This document shows positions 52,268 to 61,601 of a stretch of DNA of 61,601 bases, piece by piece (positions within the stretch are counted from its first letter, which is position 1; every line of letters begins with the position of its first letter). Origin of the DNA: Priapulus caudatus (taxonomy: Eukaryota); NCBI RefSeq assembly GCF_000485595.1, contig NW_014577070.1:1082771-1144371 (forward strand), given 5' to 3'. The position numbers and the translations under genes are program-made. The notes beneath the pieces are model-generated. The model was not told the DNA's origin. It did no database searches and saw only the letters and a program-made list of their open reading frames with translations.

Positions 52268-55200
52268 ATTGCTTACACCAGTACCTGAGCCGTATTGCGG
52301 TGGACAGGACTTCATGACCTTTCGGTAAAGTACTGCCCGCAAGTTTTATCGCCCAATTCACCCGCTATAAATTGTCAGACATATACTTATATAATATACT
52401 ATATTCTAACAGATAATATATAAGCTATTCCACGGAGTCAACGATAATTAGAAGAAAGATTGTAACGATCAACATAAACAGTTGCGCTGTTACTTTCCGC
52501 TGGTAACACTTAGACAATCTGTGTACAAGACTTTCTATCGTCGCGTTCTAACTTAAAATAGGATCTATAGAGAACCCGTCCAATTTCAGCACAGCGAGCT
52601 CTCCGACCGATGCTCAAATCATCATCAGTGACAACGCGACGTGCTTCCGTGGCGCGGATTAAAACGACTATCCAAGAGTTCTACCCAATTAAGCAGACAA
52701 ATCGATCCATACTCCACCACGCGCGCAGTGAAATCTGAAGACTAAAAGTATGAGGTTAGCTGGAAGTTTGGACCTCCAGCTGGACCGCACCATCAAGGAC
52801 TAGTTGAGAGAATGGTGCAGGAAGTCAAAAGAAGGCTCCCATAGACAGCTATGGTGCAGAAATCGGATAAATATCCATTTAATCGCAGGTGGGAGATCGA
52901 CCCTTCTCGCGATTGATCGCTGACTTCAATGAAACTAGGTCGTCCTATCTCCGCATCCTCCGCTTCTCCATTGGACGAACCGCCAATAACGCCGAATCAT
53001 TTCTTGATTGGGAGAGGCAATCGTCGAGTGCAGCACACATACACTGCGCCGGCAGTACATGGGGAATACGCGATAAGCGCATGAGAATATCTGCTGCAAT
53101 AGCATTCGTCATGAATTCTGCGTCGCATTGGAAATGTGTCAACGCTGTTCATAAACTTATTCATCACGTCACGAAGTGTGCTGTCGACGCTCTACGGCAC
53201 CAAAACACCCCTCCGTGCCTCCCACACAGATAAACTTCTCCTCGGTCTAGTTAATGAGAAATGTCGAAAGCGCCAGAACCCCTAAAAAGGCGTACTAAAT
53301 GCCAAGAAACTACCGAAGGATGCATCATATATCGTTATGCCCGGCAGCAATTGTATGACTACTGTATCGGTGGCCCAGTGCCTGGACGTAACAGATTCGG
53401 CGATCGCTTCAAATCCTGTAAACCTCCCATGTATACGTGAAGTCTCGTCATGGTGCATTGAAAAAGAATGACGAGAGACCCGACTATAATCCCCTCACTA
53501 TAACTCTGTTGGAAACTCTAGTATTCGGCATCATAAAAAACAGGTCGAGTATGGCGCTAATTCCTTAGGACATTCCGTTAATAGTATTCCAGTGAGTAAC
53601 AATAGCCCCGCGTGTTGTGCCGCATTAGTCACTCTTCGCAAATTATGTTGTGCCTATAAAAACATTCTAGACAATCGTTTCGACGTTACCCGTGTGGCGC
53701 GATTATATATTCGCCCCAGAATTGCGAGTGTGTTTAATTCGTTTATCGCCAGTCGCGTCGCAAAACCTGGCTTTTCGCGTTTATGTTGCATTCGCATTTG
53801 TGAATCATGTATCACATGTATACTATAATCTCAAGTAATTCTTTCGAGTATGAGTATTCCGTCTGAACATTTGTTTGTTGCAGTGTTGAGTAAAGTGACA
53901 TTTGGACTATATACAGACTTTTTGTCCCGACATTCCTGTCGGATGATGTCCCCTGGTGTCATGATAATCGCCAGTGTAAAAATTATTTGAAAATTGCAGA
54001 TACCCAGATACCCCCGGATATTACCGCAATAAGAATAGACGGGCTTTATTACGTAAGCTGAGCCGCACTATAGCACTCTTGTTTTATAGTATGTTTTCGC
54101 TTGTGTTTCAACACGATTGAAAAATTATTATTATTAATGATATATCGATTCTAAAGATATGTCTTATTCTTCAATGTGTAGTGGTTTAGTACAACACTAC
54201 ATGGACAGGCAATTCGCGTGAAAAACAAGTAATTTGTCATGATATTTCTTTCCGGTCTATGCTCGTTCCTACCTTGTGTCCGAAGCCAGAACATAATTGC
54301 CGTTTAAGAAATCGCGTAGAAAGGCAATTTGAAAGCAGCACTTGCTCGCCCTACAAAACCATTAAAAATATATTTTTAATTATTCTCGCACCAGGAAACG
54401 TCAAGTTCACCCTGGAATTTATGCTCGTGGGGTGTGGGACTGCTCAGAGCTTCAGTGAGAAGTATCAATCACTCCTCGTTAGCGATAAATGCTGGGTTTG
54501 ACCTTTCGTCAAACATATAGTCTTTCTTTCCAACCATCTTCTAACTTTCAGCTTTTATTTCCACAAACGTTAAATATCGAGACTTTCTTCTTTAACTGTG
54601 TTCTATAGCGTTTTTTGAGTTTTTTACTTTGATGGGGATGGTAGCTGTGAGGACAGAGGGAGGCAGTAGCGTGGAAGCAGGGGGGATGGGGGCATTGTAG
54701 TGGCCACGGGGAGGCTGATTGAGTGTAGTTAGATATTCATTGCGCTCTACGACGTGGCGACACACTGGGCTATCGAGCGAATGTATCGTGTACGATCTGG
54801 AGCTCAAGTTGTGTTGCGTTCGCGTAGTAAAATCGTAGGTATAGTAGGTAGTAATGACGAATTTCCCTTGTTTAATTGATGGTCCACGGCTGCTTCCCTA
54901 TGTATCTACTCCTGATATATATATATTATATTTTATTTTTTTATTTTTTTTTAAATCTTGATAGTTGCCTAATTTCTATAACTATAATTGTCATAACTAT
55001 TGCATGGATAAGAGTGTCTGCTTATAATGAGCTTCTCATGCATTCCTGTCTTTTGTCAGCAAGAACCTTCCTCTTAATGGTCAGAGTTTTTCTGTTTTCA
55101 GTACGACCAGATCGACAACGAGCACAAGGGACTTTTCCAGGGTCTTTTCGATGTTGGCGTGTACCCTGGCAGCGTTGAGACTCTGAGGAAGTGCAGGGAG

Positions 55201-55944
55201 CTGATGGCTGCTCACTTCGCCTACGAACAGGTTAGGCGAGTTTCGAAATTAGTTATGTGTAAACTCACAACGTCCGCGGAACGATTCCGTACATTTCTTC
55301 GTGAGTGTTTTTTCTATGCACGCGACGCTGAAGTTAGACCGTAGACCAACCATTGTGATGCCAAGATGAAGCAGATGAATGAAGATCAGGTTTGTTTGCT
55401 ATTTCGTTATTTGCTAACTAATGATTTGTCGTGTTGCAGTCGATGATGCTGAAGGCTAGCTACCCAGAGTACCCCCACCACAAGGCTGCTCACGATGGCT
55501 ACCTGGCTACTCTCGCCAAGATGGAATGCCCGGTCAACGCATCCGACGTCGACTACGCCAAGGACTGGTGCGTTTCATTGGAGATTTTCTCGCTCTCTTT
55601 ATATTACTACTATACCCGGAATAATACGAAACAGAACACTGCTCGCAAGAGAAGCTAGTTCGGTAACTTGTCCTGTGAATCATACTCGCCACTACGCAGA
55701 AGTCAACCCCCCCCCGCTAACCGCAATTCTTAACGTCTCTGTGTTTTGTTTCGTGTGCTAATGTTGATTTAGAACGTATTTCAATTGATAACTGACAATA
55801 ACATTAATTAAATTGAATAACTAAAATTAAAAATTAACAAAATATAATTACAATAAATTGAGTTGATAACTCGCAATTGGTTGTCGTTGCAGGTTGGTGC
55901 AGCACATCAAGACCGTTGATTTCCCATACAGAGGCAAGCTGTAA
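52268..55944 (+). CDS. Hr: Hemerythrin B2 (paralog of B1); exon 1 noisy
   Basis: Exon 1 ~52268..52323 (indel-ridden match to MPYTVPEPYCWD.SFMTF), then clean 55102..55230, 55440..55567, 55893..55944: YDQIDNEHKGLFQGLFDVGVYPGSVETLRKCRELMAAHFAYEQ/SMMLKASYPEYPHHKAAHDGYLATLAKMECPVNASDVDYAKDW/LVQHIKTVDFPYRGKL*. Confidence 0.92.
52615..52900 (+). mobile_element. Degenerate LTR-retrotransposon integrase fragment (BEL/Pao-like) in B2 intron 1
   Basis: Manual translation QIIISDNATCFRGAD* ... YEVSWKFGPPAGPHHQGLVERMVQEVKRRL fits the integrase-core pattern SDN.T.F.GA ... W.F.PP..PH..GL.ER.V..VK..L. Confidence 0.7.
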
Positions 55945-56426
55945 GATGTGCCCGATTCCACATCATTACTCATCTACCAATCGCGACTATGTACGTCCTA
56001 TCCACGCGCCTTAAGGAATTATAGGCTTCAGTCCCTAACTCCTTTACAGACTGTTACACATATGGCCTAAATTCTAATTTAGAGCCGCAATCCTTCGGAA
56101 TCCTTTCTGAGACTTCTGGCAATTCATGGGGTTTTCTAAATTGTTGGGAAAAATATTTAACACGCCGGTATCAATCTGACGGTACACGCAGACCTGTTCT
56201 CTTTCTAATTTTCTTGTTAAAAACACACCCAAAATTATACGTTTGATTTTCTAATTGATATATTTTGGAAATAATAAACAAATCAAGTATTGTACACACG
56301 GTTGCATTTGCTTTATTTATCGAATAATAAAATAATTATTTATTTATTTAATGTGGACGCGACGATTGTGACAACAAACAGCAAGATATTAAGTTAGTGC
56401 TATGAGACAGTAAGACAAAAGGCGAT

Positions 56427-56565
56427 ATGAGACAATAAAACATAACATAGGATATGAGACTATAAGACAAAGGGTATTATGATACAATAAAACATAACAT
56501 AGGATATGAGACTATAAGACAAAGGGTATTATGAGACAATAAAACATAACATAGGATATGAGACT
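56427..56565 (+). repeat. Tandem repeat, 52-bp unit, ~2.7 copies
   Basis: Unit atgagacaataaaacataacataggatatgagactataagacaaagggtatt. Confidence 0.85.
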
Positions 56566-56825
56566 AAGGGGCATAAGACATATATGACATATATGAGGGC
56601 GTAGTGCTGTGCACAGTGCAAAATCAGATAGTGTGCGGCTAGCATAAGACATTACAAGGAACATGAGAATATAATGCATGACGAGGGACAATATAGACAA
56701 TAGAACGTAATAACATAGTGTAGGGGGGAAGCTTTTGGGTAGAATTTTGAAACATTGCACGCGTGTACTAAATGAGGTCCTGAAGATTTTATGATATAGA
56801 GATCCGAAGTGATGACGTCACGGTG

Positions 56826-57176
56826 GCATGACAACGAACCCACTGGTTCTAAACAATCATTATTATATGCTCTGGCAACATTAACTGCGTGAAAATGGTG
56901 TCGTGTTTTGTACCCGATTGTAACCATCATTCTGAGAGTCATATTTGTAGTTTTTATAGATTTCTAAAGGATGGAAGTGAAAAGCAACAACAACAACAAC
57001 AACAAAATAAAAAATAAATAAAAAATTAAATATTGTAAGATCGACTTGCTACCGCTGCTTTACCGCTGTCTGCAGCGAACACACTCGTGTTTTACGTACG
57101 CACAACATTTTCACACAGTTAATGGAGCCGGGATGGAGCCAGTGGGTTGTTTAGAACCAGTGGGTTCGTTGTCGTG
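56826..57176. mobile_element. Small element with ~30-bp inverted termini
   Basis: gacaacgaacccactggttctaaacaa (~56830) versus ttgtttagaaccagtgggttcgttgtc (~57147). Confidence 0.5.
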
Positions 57177-57472
57177 TTAATTTACTTCCACCAGTATATT
57201 AAAATTAATGACTGATGTGTCATTATTCTTTATTTAGCAGGAAAAGAGGTTTTGTCAAAAGATTGCAATTATGATGCCTTAATAATGTTCATATGCTTTA
57301 TTACCAAACGTAGCACAAAATTGAGGCAATCTTGTATTTATGTGTTTTGTTCATGCAATCTTTACTTTGCATTATCTGAATCATATTTTATTAAATATAC
57401 GATATTTAATTATATTATCATATTTATTATACATTACTATTATTTTTCTTACATTTTTCTGATTATTATTAA

Positions 57473-57517
<45 letters not shown>

Positions 57518-58751
57518 GTCAGGACAGTATTCTGAGGAAACTCCCTAAAGGGGGGGGGGGGGTTCTCAGAGAATTATTTGATTAAGATAGGCCATTACTA
57601 TATTAGGCCATCTTGGAATTTCCATTGTTACGGGCGTTACGGAAGAAATTCAGCTTGCCACTATATATGAAATCATTTAGTATACCTTATATACATCATA
57701 TATGCCTTTTTGCTTTTACCACAAAACGCACAATTCTTTCCCATATCTGCCGAACTAAATACAGATGTCTTCATCACGCGCGATCAATCTCCGCGCCAAG
57801 TAACAGAATGACAGTACTACACGTTCAGTAGATCACTTTATATTAGTATATACACCATACATTACTCATCAGGCGAACAAAGAGCAGTGCACTGTGGCGT
57901 TGCCTTTCAACAGTTGCATCTACTATGGCACTCTTTTTTTTTACATCCACAGTGAACCAGTTTCTGGCAGCATTTTGCTGCTTTGATGAATGTTGTCCAA
58001 ATTAGCGGTAGATCATTCCCTCAAGTATCCAGTCTCAGTGGCGCAGAAAAGTAGTCTAAGAAAGACAAGGCATAGATAAATTGCATTGCCCCCAAATTAG
58101 CATCGCCGCAAGATGTGGCTAATCTGGTAAACACTGAAAAGCGAACTTAAGATTCTGTCACAATATCGCCTGTGATGCTGGGATTCCTTCTATTGGTCGA
58201 CCTTTTTAGGTGAAAAAACGTTTTCGAGCATCATTCATCTAAAACGATATGAGAACAAATTTGACTTATGTGTGTAAAATGTTGGCATGTATTGTATATT
58301 TGTAAGATTGACGCGTTTAACTAAATCTTTGATCTTTATTGAGGCGATACGTTACAAAAAGAATATATGTATATTATAAGAAAAACTCAATTTTCCATAG
58401 ATCCTATATGATCCATAATCCATAAACGCTCAACTATTAAAACCCATTAATTATCTACTGTATGTGAACATACTTTTAAACGTACTTCTATATGTTTATA
58501 ACTTATTATATGCAATTATTATAACTTTTTTACAAACTATTAAAACATTTTGAAAACGTTATTATGCGCGTCTAATAAAGTTGTGATTACCTTGTACAAT
58601 TCACTGGAGCGCTCGTACAACAACAAATCTCTCCAACACAACTGTGTGAAGATATTTGGCTCAGCTTTGCCAGATTGTAAGATTTTAGATTTTTATAGCA
58701 ATTTCGGCTTAATTCAGCGCGTCTATTTATCCGCGTCGATTTTATTGAGAT

Positions 58752-59630
58752 GCCTTCGTGGCCTAGTGGCTAGGTAACGTATACTGTCCATTGAAGGCTG
58801 TGAGTTCAATCCCCGGCCGGGGCGCGAATTTGCGATTCCCAAACCGTATAGCTTTGGAAGAAAAATTCAGCAACGTGATTGGCTAGAAAATTTTAGGACA
58901 CGCATTATTAGTCAACAAGCTAATATATTAAATTATAAGCTAATATTATAAAGAAATATATTTAATTCAGAACATAAACAAAAGTTACAGAACAAATAAA
59001 TGCAGAAACAAATAAAATACAAAGAAATACATAACGCAGAAGAAAATAAAAACACCATATGACGTTCGAACGCGGTACCTTAGGATCACGAAGCGAAAGG
59101 TCTAGCGTTGACCAACTGATACAGATACTAAATACGTAGATATAGAAATCAGTTAACCCTAACCCTAACCCTAACCTTAACCATAACCCTAACCCTAACC
59201 CGAATCCTAACCCTAACCCTAACCCTAACCCTAACCCTAATTCTAAAATAAAACAAAATTAGCCAAAAATAATAAGAAATAAAATAAATAAGCCCCTGTG
59301 CAAAATGCGCGATGGTGTGCGTGCGATAGTGGGCGTGTCCTAAACATTTTCTAGCCAATCACGTTGCTCAATTTTTCTTCCATAGCTATACGGTTTGGGA
59401 ATCGCAAATTCGCGGCCGGCGAAGTGAATTTTCTCAAGGTGTAAAAACCTGGCTTTCAACATTGGAGACTGTGAATCTCCCGTGGCTCAGATGACCACGT
59501 AAAATGGCGGTCCCGTCTCCGGTAATACGAAAGGTCAATGGGGACATAAAAGAACTACTGAGGGCGCAAGAACAAACTCTGGCTATGACCACCCTCAGTG
59601 CCATTCAGTGCCTTTCACTATAGCTATATA
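58752..59630 (+). mobile_element. tRNA-derived SINE interrupted by a MITE
   Basis: A box tggcctagtgg (~58760) and B box gagttcaatccc (~58802); the SINE-like body resumes after ~59415. Confidence 0.55.
58821..59413. mobile_element. MITE with ~85-bp terminal inverted repeats containing a (TAACCC)n tract
   Basis: gcgaatttgcgattcccaaaccgtatagct...ttaggacacgc versus gcgtgtcctaa...agctatacggtttgggaatcgcaaattcgc; ggccgg on both flanks; (TAACCC)n at 59154-59240. Confidence 0.7.
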
Positions 59631-60004
59631 GCGCTGTTGGCGGACAGAGAGGATTGGCGACCCCTGTCTGGTATGAACTACAGAAAGGAATAATAACAAC
59701 TTCCCGAGGAGACTCGAAATAATTATTATTTATCCGCTGCCATTCAACCAGGTTCGTGTTGTTATCCAGCCGCCACCTCCATGTGTAAACCTGCAAACAT
59801 CATAACCAATTTATTCTCGCTAAATGTGTCTTACTGTGCCCCAATGGAAGTTCAGGGCTATAGTATAGATGGGCTGCTCGCAGCCAAAAACTGTTATCTG
59901 GCCAAGGTTAAAATACTCTACTAAATTCATAATAATTGTCACTGGATAACGAATGTTTGCAGTTGAGTGAGCTATATCTTCGAAAGGTGGCAGTAAGGAA
60001 GTAG

Positions 60005-60421
60005 AACTTATCAAATTAATTTTAAGCTTCTGCCATTCATACTGCATATGATTAACGAACTGCGAATCGATTATTTTTTTGCCTTAATTTTGAATAAATT
60101 ATGTTTTTTACTGGCTTTTAATTTTCATAAACGTTAAATCGCTTTCGACTCCTAAAGCGATCGTGTTTACAGTTTTGAGAATATTATTTATATATTTTAA
60201 GTTCTGATGCAATACTTGCTAAAAGAGTTCTTCTAGTTGCTTATCAATTTCATCTTTTGATTAGCAAAGCGCTAATAAATTTTTGGAAAAATGCATGGCG
60301 TACACTGAGTAGAAGCCTTGGATGGGCGGCTTGCACGGTATACAGTTCAAGCGATCTCTACAATCTCTACTCGCATTTCGGACTGCATAAATATATATAT
60401 ATATATATATATATATNACAT

Positions 60422-60462
<41 letters not shown>

Positions 60463-61502
60463 CTAGCCATGCATATTCTTCTTGTTTGTACATGCCTGGT
60501 GTGTGTTCATCAACTTTAGTGAGAAATGCTGCAACTGGTGCTAGTAATTTGCGTGACAGTGTGACAATTGGTGGCACATGAGTGTGTAAAAATCTGGCAG
60601 AAAACTAGCACACTGTAAATTAAAAGCCTGTTTGTATTATCACGTTGCTCATAATTCCGTCCTCTGTCCATTAGAGCATGCGTACTGAAATAGGGAAATG
60701 CCAGTAGCGTAAAATGACCCAGTGGCTGTAAATAACAAGTAAAATGAGACAATATGAACTGAGACTATGTCTTTTGTCATATGAATGTTGTTTATTAAAA
60801 CATAAAAATATTTAATGTATATTTAAGAATACATATGATTAACCAATGTCTGATTATTAAGAACGCAGAATGATAAGATAAGGAAGTGAAGATATCGTAT
60901 TCGAAGCGTTTCAACCGGGAATTTTTTTTAAATAAAAATGTATGTCNCAACTTATCTAATTAATTTTAAGCTTTTGCGAACATATTGCATATGATTAACG
61001 AACTGCGAATCGATCATTTTTTTGCCTTAATTTTGAATAATTTGTGTTTTTCACTGGCTTTTAATTTTCATAAACGTCAAATCGCTTTCGACTCATAAAG
61101 CGATCGTGTTTACATTTTTGAGAATAATATTTATATATTTTTAGTTCTGATGCAAAAATCTGGCAGAAAACTAGCACACTGTAAATTAAATGAGTGTTTG
61201 TATTATCACGTTGCTCATAATTCCGTCCTCAGAGCATGTGTACTGAAATAGTGAAATGCCAGTAGCGTAAAATGAACCAGTGGCTGTAAATAACAAGTGA
61301 AATGAGACAATATGAACTGAGACTATGTCCTTTGTCATATGAATGTTGTTTATTAAAACATAAAAATATTTAATGTATATTTAGGAATACATATGATTAA
61401 CCAATGTCTGATTATTAAGAACGCAGAATGATAAGATAAGGAAGTGAAGATATCGTATCCGAAGCGTTTCGACCAGAAATTTTTTTTAAATAAAAATGTA
61501 TG
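60005..61502 (+). repeat. Tandem duplication (60005-60946 vs 60948-61502) differing by a ~375-bp indel
   Basis: 60005-60212 matches 60949-61153 and 60587-60946 matches 61153-61502. The junction is at a single N (60947), so these may be two haplotypes. Confidence 0.8.
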
Positions 61503-61601
61503 TTACTTTCACCATTTTGAGAAATGTCTACATACCATGTCGTAAGAGCGTTGTGTTTAAAAGATTAGCCATATAATTTAATTCGAACAAAAAAGGCTGA
61601 A

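Noticed and set aside
56427..56565. CRISPR-like array
   Set aside because: Head-to-tail tandem units with no unique spacers, in a eukaryotic context.
58752..58820. Functional tRNA gene
   Set aside because: A and B boxes are present, but I cannot fold a full cloverleaf and it continues into a SINE-like body.
59154..59240. Telomere
   Set aside because: Short, imperfect and internal to an inverted-repeat element.

Overview
AT-rich, intron-containing animal genomic DNA from a draft assembly with several stretches that look like uncorrected long reads. The real content is the 3' end of a dual oxidase (Duox) gene followed by a cluster of about six spliced hemerythrin (Hr) genes in three subfamilies, labelled here A, B and C: Duox(+) >< A1 | B1 >< C1 < C2 (fragmented) ... 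< A2 | B2 >. None is visible as a whole ORF in the six-frame track; I assembled them by hand from GT-AG exons. An arthropod-like Duox together with hemerythrins suggests a priapulid (inference). Highlights: (1) a 5-bp stem/pentaloop hairpin, reminiscent of an iron-responsive element, is kept with pairing-preserving changes in the 5' UTR of all three subfamilies; (2) the C-type Hr replaces the iron ligand His73 with Glu; (3) a head-to-head A/B gene pair occurs twice; (4) B1/B2 exons differ almost only at non-synonymous sites while their introns are unalignable; (5) an R4/Dong retrotransposon sits in a (TAA)n tract that is empty in the paralog. Positions 1-9785 are a noisy inverted copy of 11675-20556, and about 26-45 kb is a mosaic of redundant reads, so copy number needs caution.
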